IMG/VR virus record: IMGVR_UViG_3300008266_000011 | Source: an uncultured virus (IMG/VR IMGVR_UViG_3300008266_000011) | Taxonomy: Duplodnaviria; Heunggongvirae; Uroviricota; Caudoviricetes | DNA: 35,204 bases | Reading direction: 5' to 3' (one strand) | Shown: one piece after another, positions 1-7,592 of the stretch | How the letters are laid out: each line of letters opens with the position of its first letter | How positions within the stretch are numbered: the first letter of the stretch is position 1 | Position numbers and translations under genes: made by a program | Notes under the pieces: generated by a model | Told to the model about the DNA's origin: nothing | What the model saw: only the letters and a program-made list of their open reading frames with translations | Databases searched by the model: none

Positions 1-1119
1 AGACTCTAGGGACTGTTCAGCGCATGGGTTATAACCTACCGCTCTCCAATCCTTGTTGTTCTCTGGGTCTGCAAGGCGACCATACTTACGAGTAACATCC
101 ATCCAGATAACTCCAGGCTCACCATTACGGGCAATGCCATCAATGATTGGGCTTAGGTCTTGACCTACAGATACCTCAACAGAGTTGTTTGACATCCAGC
201 CATGAGCCATACGCTCTGGGTGCTTCTCGTAGTTCTTTAGATTTAGAAAGTCTTCATCATCTAGTCTGCCCATCAATAACTCAGCAGAGCGACGAACATT
301 TCCAGATACAACGCAAACACCAATCATGTTGCCGATGTCAGCAATATCTCTACGGGTTAGTTTCTGTCCTGCACGACCACTAAACATTCCACTAATTAAG
401 TTATGTAACTTAATTAGTGGGTCTGGTCCTGCTGCTGTTCCTCCAAACGTTTTGATTGGTTCGCCTGCTGGACGGATTGCTTCATAATTAAATACTGGAT
501 TCTTCGAATCTGGTCGTAGGTAGGCATTGATGAGGGTGGCTGTCGATTCGACCCAGCCCTCTCTGGTATCTGGGATGTCATAAGGTTGTTCTCCTTGTGG
601 TTCATAGATATTGAACTCTTTGTCTGCGCCCTTATCGTCAAAGCCAACTCCAACACCAAGCATTGATGCCTCCATTAAGAAAGCAAATGGCTTTGCTGGG
701 TCGGTCTTTGTCATAGAGCCAGTTGATACAAATGCACAATTTTGTAGGGCTGCTGAATTTCGTTGGACATTTACTAGCGGTGTGCCCATGACCCACAGAC
801 CACGTCCAGGTGGAGTCCACTTCAAGTTGAATAGTCTGTCAAAGGCCTCCTTTGCCGAGGCTGCTGCTTTGGCATCAGACCATGGAAGTCTCTGACTTTT
901 AGCATGGTCCTTCTGCAACGAATACATGCCATTGATTACGCGTTCGCATACATCTGTCCATGTCTCTTTACGACCATTCTCCTTTAGACGAGAATAGGTG
1001 CGCAAGAAAGTTATCTCCCCTACCGAATTGCCACCAGCATCTTGATAACCAAATGGAGCCTTTTTGTCCTTGTACTGACCAACAAAGTCTTCAGCCAACT
1101 TAAAAGAAAAGTAATTCAT
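1..1119 (-). CDS. nrdJ: Class II (adenosylcobalamin-dependent, RTPR-type) ribonucleotide reductase, 5' part, truncated by the window edge
   Basis: Translated by hand from ATG at 1119 (SD GGTAGGGG), open through the part translated (to about 181): MNYFSFKL...FLRTYSR...ETWTDVCERVING...KWTPPGRGLW...ALQNCAF...LGVGVGFD...IPDTREGWVES...IRPAGEPIKTFGGTAAGP...CVVSGNVRRSAE...WMSNNS. These are typical RTPR motifs. Absent from the ORF track, presumably because its stop lies beyond the edge. Confidence 0.93.
   Translation of the reverse strand, partial: MNYFSFKLAEDFVGQYKDKKAPFGYQDAGGNSVGEITFLRTYSRLKENGRKETWTDVCERVINGMYSLQKDHAKSQRLPWSDAKAAASAKEAFDRLFNLKWTPPGRGLWVMGTPLVNVQRNSAALQNCAFVSTGSMTKTDPAKPFAFLMEASMLGVGVGFDDKGADKEFNIYEPQGEQPYDIPDTREGWVESTATLINAYLRPDSKNPVFNYEAIRPAGEPIKTFGGTAAGPDPLIKLHNLISGMFSGRAGQKLTRRDIADIGNMIGVCVVSGNVRRSAELLMGRLDDEDFLNLKNYEKHPERMAHGWMSNNSVEVSVGQDLSPIIDGIARNGEPGVIWMDVTRKYGRLADPENNKDWRAVGYNPCAEQSLES
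389..420. repeat. 32-bp palindrome (perfect 15-bp arms, 2-nt centre) inside nrdJ
   Basis: ccactaattaagtta-tg-taacttaattagtgg, read directly from the sequence. Confidence 0.9.
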
Positions 1120-1255
1120 TTCCCCTACCATTTCATCATATTGTCAAATACCCTCAAAAGGAAGGCTTATTGTGAAGGCACGAAACCTATCATGCACTTG
1201 TTAACTTCGTTTAATACTTTTGGCAATCTTTACAGGTTGAACCATGTTTCATAGC

Positions 1256-1275
1256 CTGATAACTTCTGTTATCAG
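1256..1275. repeat. Short inverted repeat just after the stop of the 500-aa gene; possible operator or hairpin
   Basis: ctgataac-ttct-gttatcag (8-bp arms); no U-tract follows on the minus strand. Confidence 0.5.
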
Positions 1276-1278
1276 ATA

Positions 1279-2781
1279 CTACTCTTCTATTGACTCAGAG
1301 ATAATCTTTGTAACTGTATCTTCTTTCAATGTCTCTGGTAACTCACGAAGCGCCTGTGCACGGTCACCAAAGATGGCTGAAAGCACTCCACCAGCACTCT
1401 GACGCTGGGCTGTAATCTGTATAAACTCTTTATTAGTTTCCATCTCTTTAACCTGATTGACCAATTTAAATAGACGGTCTATCTCCTGAGATACGTTAGG
1501 GTCTGCGTATCCACCGTTCATTTCTTCGGCAAATCGCATGAAGGCTACACGCTGACCTTGCATCTCAATTATGGCTGTGAGCAGGGCTTTTAGTTGTTCT
1601 TTGGTCTTAACTTCTACGGGAAGATTGAAGGCACAAGAGTTATTAGGCTTGAAAGCAGGACAGTTAGAAGCGACAAAGCAAGTATTGCACTGACGAATCG
1701 AACTACTCTGCGTTTGGACGACTGGTACATCTTTGAGGACATCTCTTCCATTCTCATCCGTTTCTACTACAGTCTTTATATTAAAGCCAAAGACAGGTAA
1801 GTTTTGCATCTCTTCAGGGTCTCTTTGAACCACTTCACTTCGCTCCACTTTCCTCCCTTCTACTCCACTGTTATCAGAAGGTACCCCCATCAATTCCATC
1901 AAACCCGACATAAGGGGCGTATCGCTATTATCAGATACTTCTTCAGTTTTGCCACCTTCGATAATATGTAAATCGGGCTTCTTCTTATCCATTGACTCTT
2001 CCAATCGTAGGTATGACCACACGGCAACCTTAGTGGCTTCAAGGGTACTATCGTTTACAAACTCTGAATAGTCTAGACCTGCTCCTTCAACAATCGCCTT
2101 GTATCGGAGTCTGGCTTGGTCCTTCATCTTCTTGGGATATCTAACTAACTTAGTGCCATCCCAGACGATTGTCTCGCCTCTTCTCATGGGCGAAAGCCAT
2201 GACAATGTGCTGGTTGTGGCAAATGGTATCTGCCTTAAGTTATCTGGCTTGGCACATCCAAGGGCGTGATATCGCGTCCCATACTGTCTTTCGTAGGCTC
2301 TGGTTATACCGGATAAGTTAGTTACTGATTCAATCTCATCATTGGGTATTGCAATGTTTTGGAATTGCTGTGATAGTTCTTTTAAGTTCAGTAGTCCATA
2401 CTCTTGATGCCAGATGACCCATAGTTTAGGGTCGTTACTAAAGAAGGGACGTTGTTGTTCTACCCATTCTTTGCCCAAAACTTGGGAATCAAACTCCTGG
2501 AAGGCTGCGGCTCTGTCGGCGTTATTTACTAAAAACTCCTGGTAGTCAGCGGCGAGGTCTAGTAACTCTTGCTTTGAAAGGCCTGCCTTGTCTGCTTGTG
2601 ATGCTCCTGACTCAATGTAAACCTTTGCATTATCTTGGAAATGTTCAGAAATAAGCCATATCTTTGTTTTAGGCAGTCCTCTTTTACGCAATCCCCAATA
2701 GTTGAGTCCCATCGACTCAACTTTCATTCCCTCTAAAAGGGTACGGTTACTCCCAACCTCTGTTCCTGAGAAGATAAGCAT
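1279..2781 (-). CDS. Degenerate tRNA-guanine transglycosylase/DpdA-like domain fused to a C-terminal Cys4 and helical domain
   Basis: Motif order YIESGA...EFD...VIWH...IAIP...YHALG...PFATTSTLSW parallels DSGAF...LD...PVWH...IAIG...HGFG...PFxSxDSxSW of DpdA-like proteins; C-terminal CNTC-x5-C-x8-C. Confidence 0.5.
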   Translation of the reverse strand: MLIFSGTEVGSNRTLLEGMKVESMGLNYWGLRKRGLPKTKIWLISEHFQDNAKVYIESGASQADKAGLSKQELLDLAADYQEFLVNNADRAAAFQEFDSQVLGKEWVEQQRPFFSNDPKLWVIWHQEYGLLNLKELSQQFQNIAIPNDEIESVTNLSGITRAYERQYGTRYHALGCAKPDNLRQIPFATTSTLSWLSPMRRGETIVWDGTKLVRYPKKMKDQARLRYKAIVEGAGLDYSEFVNDSTLEATKVAVWSYLRLEESMDKKKPDLHIIEGGKTEEVSDNSDTPLMSGLMELMGVPSDNSGVEGRKVERSEVVQRDPEEMQNLPVFGFNIKTVVETDENGRDVLKDVPVVQTQSSSIRQCNTCFVASNCPAFKPNNSCAFNLPVEVKTKEQLKALLTAIIEMQGQRVAFMRFAEEMNGGYADPNVSQEIDRLFKLVNQVKEMETNKEFIQITAQRQSAGGVLSAIFGDRAQALRELPETLKEDTVTKIISESIEE

Positions 2782-3266
2782 TACTCATCCCAAAGTTGTG
2801 CGTCTTTAGGCTGTGCTGCATATTTTGATTTAGCAATGTTAACTTTTGTAATGGCATTTTCTATGTCTGACCATTTACGAACTTTGCTTGGGGCATCAGG
2901 TCTGTGCTCTACTGGCAAGTAACTTGGGTTACTGACGAGTAACGTTGGGATACCTTGTTCCATTACCCAAGCGCACATAGATGGGTCTGAATCAACAAAC
3001 AGTTCTACAGGCGCCTTTTGACGACTTAAGGTGAACTGACGCTTCTTTAGGTCTTCTCCAGCAAGTTCAACCGACTTATCTAATAAATCGTCATAACCAA
3101 TAATGCCGTGAGAATTAAGCCAGTGCTTTGCATCGGCTAAATCGCCTTTTGTAATTAACGCAACACGATGAAGGTTATTTAATGCGTAGTAGACCAGCAC
3201 TCCTGCTCTGTTTGGTTCTCCAGATTCCGCCCTAAGTACCCCGTCTAGTGAAAGAATTATATTCAA
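2781..3266 (-). CDS. HAD-superfamily phosphatase-like protein with degenerate motif I
   Basis: N-terminal IILSLDGVL (DxDG with the first Asp replaced by Ser), ALIT (motif II), LFVDSD (motif IV); TTG start with SD AAGGGAG. Confidence 0.6.
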   Translation of the reverse strand: MNIILSLDGVLRAESGEPNRAGVLVYYALNNLHRVALITKGDLADAKHWLNSHGIIGYDDLLDKSVELAGEDLKKRQFTLSRQKAPVELFVDSDPSMCAWVMEQGIPTLLVSNPSYLPVEHRPDAPSKVRKWSDIENAITKVNIAKSKYAAQPKDAQLWDE

Positions 3267-3267
3267 A

Positions 3268-4197
3268 TTACTCCCTTACTCTATATGTTGCTGCTCTACG
3301 AATAAGTGTTTGTGTATCAGGTAACTCTACACCGTAAGTTTCCAAAGCCTGCTGACCTTCGTAGTCTTTTAAATAGTCATGCATTTTGCGAAGAGCAGGG
3401 ATAGTTCCATACTTTTTACCAGCCTGCCAGCGATAGTTATGGAAGTCATCATATCCTTTACCAAATTCTGTAAAGGCAAGTTTACGTGAGCGATGAATGT
3501 CATCAAATAACATTGCGCCATGTTGTAGCGCTTGTTGTAGTTTGAACTCTGCATTGCGACGTGCTGCATCATTAGGAGCAGATTGCATTTCTGTCATGGC
3601 TTTAGAATACCTAGACACAATGTTTATAGCCATTGTGCGGTCACTCTGAGCAGCCTTTTCCCATGCAGCATTCTGTGGCGCAGAAGTTCTGCGTGGGAAT
3701 ACTGTCCACTCGTTGTACTTTAAATCATATGCAGCATAAGGATTAATAGTTCGGATATCTGTAGCACCAGGATTTACATAGAAGGTAACTTCAAAGCCAT
3801 GCCAGTTAGTTGTATCTGGTTGTAGATACTCACGAAAATCTTCATTGAGCATTTTGCTAATTTCTGTATCAGACAGCCCTATGTATTCAGGATGTGCTTT
3901 TCTAAACTGTACATAATCAACACCAATCAAGACATCCAAATCACCTGGGTCACGATGTGCTGCCCATTGGAAGGAAACTGCAGAGCCTGCAATCCATGCA
4001 TGAGCCCAAAGGTCTGGGTGTCGGTATTGCTCATTCAAGAATCCGAATAGAAGTTGCAGAATGCCGTTACGCACCCAGCCCTTGAGAACTGTGCCAGTAA
4101 ATAACTGCGGGTCTAAGGTCTCTTCTGGCTCAGAAAAGTAGGACGTAGAGCCACGTCGAATTTCGACAGGCTCATCTAGACCAAACTGGCGTTCCAT
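3268..4197 (-). CDS. Pol-beta superfamily nucleotidyltransferase (phage type)
   Basis: hG[GS] motif followed by DLD (IAGSAVSFQW...GDLDVLI), then GFEVTFYV and YDLKYNEW, then a helical C-terminus. Confidence 0.75.
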   Translation of the reverse strand: MERQFGLDEPVEIRRGSTSYFSEPEETLDPQLFTGTVLKGWVRNGILQLLFGFLNEQYRHPDLWAHAWIAGSAVSFQWAAHRDPGDLDVLIGVDYVQFRKAHPEYIGLSDTEISKMLNEDFREYLQPDTTNWHGFEVTFYVNPGATDIRTINPYAAYDLKYNEWTVFPRRTSAPQNAAWEKAAQSDRTMAINIVSRYSKAMTEMQSAPNDAARRNAEFKLQQALQHGAMLFDDIHRSRKLAFTEFGKGYDDFHNYRWQAGKKYGTIPALRKMHDYLKDYEGQQALETYGVELPDTQTLIRRAATYRVRE

Positions 4198-4209
4198 GTG
4201 CCTAGTCTA
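4198..4209 (-). promoter_or_regulatory. Putative leaderless promoter -10 (TAGACT) for the NTase unit
   Basis: Minus strand reads TAGACT-AGGCAC-ATG: TANNNT, 6 nt, start codon, no clear SD. Confidence 0.55.
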
Positions 4210-4216
4210 TGTCTAT

Positions 4217-4567
4217 TTATGCGCCTGGTGTCTCTATGCCTCTATCACTAAGAGCGGACATCAATCTTTCTCGTAATTCTTTAGCGCTATCTGCAGGTTG
4301 CAGAGATGACACAACAGCCCGTGCTACGCGGTCTGCCAACAACTGAGACTCAATATCACTGACCAGGTCTTTGCAAGTAGAGTAAATATCAAAGGTATTG
4401 GCCCGTCTAGAAACCTTATCTGATGGCTCTGATACCTGCGTGTGTATAGCGCCGTCTCTATCTACTATTACCGTGTAGGAGTACTGAATAGTTGGTTCAG
4501 GTCTTCCAAGGTCTTCCCAAGCCTTTTCTTTCTCTATGGGCTCAGTTACACTCTTTATATCTTCCAT
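4217..4567 (-). CDS. Hypothetical protein
   Basis: 116-aa ORF abutting the upstream gene (TAAATG) with an SD-like GGGG. Confidence 0.75.
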   Translation of the reverse strand: MEDIKSVTEPIEKEKAWEDLGRPEPTIQYSYTVIVDRDGAIHTQVSEPSDKVSRRANTFDIYSTCKDLVSDIESQLLADRVARAVVSSLQPADSAKELRERLMSALSDRGIETPGA

Positions 4568-5116
4568 TTATAACCCCATCAATTTCTGTTTACGTTCGGC
4601 TACCTTTATCGCTACAGGGCAAAAATCACATAAGTATGTCTTTACTCCTGGAGTGCTTTCATAACTATCTAGTCCTTCTTTACGGCGCTCTTTTATTGTG
4701 TTTGGAATAAGCATCTTGTCAGAGACATGCCAGTCAACACAGCCATCTTTAGGACTATTATGTGCTTTGTAGCACTTCATTGCATCTTCCATAAATGTAG
4801 AGCGAGTCTCGTAAAACTTATCGTCTATTTCAGCAAGACCTTTTGAACCGCCTTGTCTGATTTGACGAATAGCGTCTCTGCGAGTTTCTGGGTCACGCCA
4901 TGCATCTACTGGAATGTCAACAAATAGGTTACCTCTGTGCGGTTCACCGGAATCAAATACGTGTTTTTCGCAGGCAACTTCAAGTAGATAATCTTGTTCT
5001 GCAGGGCCTTCAAATGGCGGTAACTCTTCTAGAGTGTCGCAGACCCAACAGTGTAATAAACGGAAGGTCTTCTTCTTTTCAACAGGTTTAGAACCCAGAA
5101 TGGGTACATTACTCAT
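4568..5116 (-). CDS. Hypothetical Cys/His-rich (probably zinc-binding) protein
   Basis: CWVC, CEKH, CYKAH...C and CDFCP motifs; SD AAGGAG. Confidence 0.75.
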   Translation of the reverse strand: MSNVPILGSKPVEKKKTFRLLHCWVCDTLEELPPFEGPAEQDYLLEVACEKHVFDSGEPHRGNLFVDIPVDAWRDPETRRDAIRQIRQGGSKGLAEIDDKFYETRSTFMEDAMKCYKAHNSPKDGCVDWHVSDKMLIPNTIKERRKEGLDSYESTPGVKTYLCDFCPVAIKVAERKQKLMGL

Positions 5117-5124
5117 AGTGCTCC

Positions 5125-5307
5125 TTATGCTGCGACAGTTAGTTTGCGATGACCTTGGTCATGCCCCAATCTATCAGTTCTTTTAAGGGAATATCCACAG
5201 CAGGATTTGCCCTTCTTTTTATTAACTTTTGGATTCTTTTTCATAGCCTTCCCATTACGGCGTGAGTCATTACGACCACCGCCCCCTTTTCCGCCTCTCT
5301 TTGCCAC
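5125..5307 (-). CDS. Small, very basic hypothetical protein
   Basis: 60 aa, K/R/G-rich, CC...H...H; TAGTG coupling to the upstream gene. Confidence 0.6.
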   Translation of the reverse strand: MAKRGGKGGGGRNDSRRNGKAMKKNPKVNKKKGKSCCGYSLKRTDRLGHDQGHRKLTVAA

Positions 5308-5588
5308 TAATCTACTGGATTAATCCAGGCATCAAGACGATGCCCCTCAACAATAGCATGGGCTGGAGCATGCTTTTGACCACGCCAAGTGATGCCATCT
5401 GGAAGTTTAATCTTTGCATCATGATTGCCCTTATTAACTGCATTGATAGCACGCTTTGACGGAGCGACCATAGATTCCGGTACTGGTGGATACAAGTTAC
5501 TTGCTAAATGAGCACGAAGCCCAGCATTACCATTCTTTTTAAACTGTCTATCGTGAGCAGCATATTCCTCTGCGTGCATGCTTCCCAT
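5307..5588 (-). CDS. Hypothetical protein
   Basis: 93 aa; SD AAGGAG, TAATCATG junction. Confidence 0.75.
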   Translation of the reverse strand: MGSMHAEEYAAHDRQFKKNGNAGLRAHLASNLYPPVPESMVAPSKRAINAVNKGNHDAKIKLPDGITWRGQKHAPAHAIVEGHRLDAWINPVD

Positions 5589-5590
5589 GA

Positions 5591-5914
5591 TTAACTCCTT
5601 GCGTTATTGTGCGCATCGGTAAAGTGCGCATTAATAGAGCGACGAATTGTTCCTTGGAGTCTTGAAGTAGTTTTGCTATAACTAACATCAGGGACAACCC
5701 ATCCCTGGTCTCCGTGCCAAGCAACGGGAGTGTTATAAGACTTAATTACATAAGAAGGATTATGAGAGCGCATCTGCTCTGCAAGATGAGATGGAAGCAT
5801 GCCTGTTTCAGTACCAACTTCTCCTACTGAACCGCCACGACTGCTTGGGCCTACAAAAGATTCTCTTGCAGTAACTGCTTCACCAAGATTTTTATGAGTA
5901 ACTCTTTTAGCCAT
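5591..5914 (-). CDS. Hypothetical protein of a phage family with an SYxTPVA...YSxTTSR motif
   Basis: SYNTPVAWH...W...SYSKTTSRLQ; TAATCATG junction. Confidence 0.7.
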   Translation of the reverse strand: MAKRVTHKNLGEAVTARESFVGPSSRGGSVGEVGTETGMLPSHLAEQMRSHNPSYVIKSYNTPVAWHGDQGWVVPDVSYSKTTSRLQGTIRRSINAHFTDAHNNARS

Positions 5915-5916
5915 GA

Positions 5917-6135
5917 TTAAAGGTAGTTCCTTCCCTTTGACCGTCTCTTTTTATTACGTGGAGCAAATGCCATATCTTTTATACGGTCAGAATGTAACTT
6001 AGTTGCTTTTTCTGTTGAATCAGTATCGTAATAAGCGCCACCAGAATCATTACGGTCATTAGTTGCTTCAACATGAACGCCTTTATCAGTTTTTCTGGCA
6101 ACAAACTTGCGACGGTCATTAAACTCAATAGCCAT
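5917..6135 (-). CDS. Small basic protein with N-terminal FNDRR motif
   Basis: MAIEFNDRRK...; SD GAGGT; TAGTCATG junction. Confidence 0.75.
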   Translation of the reverse strand: MAIEFNDRRKFVARKTDKGVHVEATNDRNDSGGAYYDTDSTEKATKLHSDRIKDMAFAPRNKKRRSKGRNYL

Positions 6136-6137
6136 GA

Positions 6138-6329
6138 CTACTTAACCTCGGTAACTTTAGTAGAGCGAGGATGCCATCCTTCATTTTGTGCTCTTCCTAA
6201 ATCTTGCTCGCAATAAACAGTTCCTCCATAACGATAAAGAGTGGTCTCATGTTTTTTTGCTGAACAAACTTCGCAAGCAGTTTCACCTTTTTTAACAGCA
6301 GTACTACGTCTTCTGTCATTAAATTGCAT
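6138..6329 (-). CDS. Small protein with N-terminal FNDRR motif and CxxC...C
   Basis: MQFNDRRR...CEVC...YCEQD; TAATCATG junction. Confidence 0.75.
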   Translation of the reverse strand: MQFNDRRRSTAVKKGETACEVCSAKKHETTLYRYGGTVYCEQDLGRAQNEGWHPRSTKVTEVK

Positions 6330-6331
6330 GA

Positions 6332-6535
6332 TTACTTACCTGGATTCACCTTGTTTGGATATTCAGTAGTACTAAAACCATATCCATAGAATGGATGTAG
6401 AGATTGACGATTAGCCTCAGTTGCTGAGGTATTCATTGCATTCTCTTCTGTATCTGGGCGAACTTTACGGTACTTGCCGTCTGTTGCTCCTGCATCAAGC
6501 GACTTGTTCATTGAACGTGATGAGTTGACTGCCAT
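6332..6535 (-). CDS. Small hypothetical protein
   Basis: 67 aa, coupled on both sides, SD AAAGG. Confidence 0.75.
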   Translation of the reverse strand: MAVNSSRSMNKSLDAGATDGKYRKVRPDTEENAMNTSATEANRQSLHPFYGYGFSTTEYPNKVNPGK

Positions 6536-6536
6536 T

Positions 6537-6749
6537 TTAGTAACCTTTCTTCATTTCAGAATCGATTGCAGCACGGTTCTCTTTTACGGTCTTTTTATTG
6601 CTCGAACCTGTGCCCATCATCATTCCACCAATTTTTTTACTTAATGCTGAAGGTTCTTTCTTTGGCTTTTGGGTAGCCTTAATTGAGCCAGCCTTTGCTG
6701 CTGCTGCAACTGCAGGATTCTTGATAGTGCGACGGTCATTAAAATACAT
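6537..6749 (-). CDS. Small basic protein with N-terminal FNDRR motif
   Basis: MYFNDRRT...; Lys-rich; TAATG coupling, SD AAGGAG. Confidence 0.75.
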   Translation of the reverse strand: MYFNDRRTIKNPAVAAAAKAGSIKATQKPKKEPSALSKKIGGMMMGTGSSNKKTVKENRAAIDSEMKKGY

Positions 6750-6952
6750 TAGGCAATCATCTCCTTGGCTCTTTTTACACGTTTCTTAGTCATGCACTTT
6801 AAGCAGTGACCTTGATTAGATAAGAATTCTACAGGGTTCATAACCACTCCACAGGTTGGACAAGCAGAAGAACCGTTGTATACAGTGGCATTTTGAGCCA
6901 CCTCTCCAGCCTGAAGTTCCATTGTTAGGGCGCCGTCGCCGTCATCAGCCAT
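6749..6952 (-). CDS. Small zinc-finger protein
   Basis: CPTC...CLKC; TAATG coupling. Confidence 0.75.
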   Translation of the reverse strand: MADDGDGALTMELQAGEVAQNATVYNGSSACPTCGVVMNPVEFLSNQGHCLKCMTKKRVKRAKEMIA

Positions 6953-7233
6953 TAGTAAATCCCATCTCCATAGGTATCTAGCCCTTGCTTTTTTGCGGGT
7001 TCACTTGGTTGTGGAAAAGATGATAATCCAGAAGATGCGCTTCCTGAACTACCTGAACCAGAAAACGCAGACATAAGTAATGCTCCACGTCCAAGTTTGC
7101 CAACTTTTCCAACTTTACTAACTTTGTTCAACATTGATGCACCACGAGCAAATTGAGAAGCGCTAACAGCGGCTCCACCACGAGTTGCTGCGGCTCTTGC
7201 AACTGCTCCAATAATAGGTCCGATAATTGGCAT
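6952..7233 (-). CDS. Small Gly/Ala/Ser-rich hypothetical protein
   Basis: Hydrophobic N-terminus MPIIGPIIGAVARAAA; TAATG coupling on both sides. Confidence 0.7.
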   Translation of the reverse strand: MPIIGPIIGAVARAAATRGGAAVSASQFARGASMLNKVSKVGKVGKLGRGALLMSAFSGSGSSGSASSGLSSFPQPSEPAKKQGLDTYGDGIY

Positions 7234-7592
7234 TATTCACTTCCTAACGTGTTTCTAGATGCACCAGTGTAGCCTGCTGGACTTCCTGAGTACCAGGAAA
7301 TGCGTGGTTCTACATAGTTTCTATCTACGGTTATAACATCATCTATGCCTACAGCACGACGGTCATAGCCATACCGCTCTGGAAACAAACGAATCTGTGG
7401 CAAGGGTGGACGAACCATCTGTGAGATTTCTTCAGCAGGAATATTCATTATCATTAATGCTTGAGATGTTAGCCGTTCCATGTTGGATGACCATGGACCG
7501 TTATATTGCCAACGCTTTGCTACCTGGTCGGGTTGAACAGGTGCACGCCATGGCTTGGTGTAATCATAAACTCCGTCATACTTCTGGGTCAT
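7233..7592 (-). CDS. Hypothetical protein
   Basis: Start moved to ATG 7592 (MTQKYDG), which gives an ATGA overlap with the upstream stop and SD GAGG. Confidence 0.75.
   Translation of the reverse strand: MTQKYDGVYDYTKPWRAPVQPDQVAKRWQYNGPWSSNMERLTSQALMIMNIPAEEISQMVRPPLPQIRLFPERYGYDRRAVGIDDVITVDRNYVEPRISWYSGSPAGYTGASRNTLGSE

Noticed and set aside
147..1254. Several short ORFs suggesting a fragmented gene or non-coding region
   Set aside because: They are shadow ORFs; manual translation shows a continuous nrdJ frame from 1119 with no intron or frameshift seen
1120..1255. Cobalamin riboswitch, NrdR box or sigma70 promoter upstream of nrdJ
   Set aside because: No B12-box or NrdR consensus recognised; TTGACA lies only 1 nt from TATGAT, so they cannot be a -35/-10 pair
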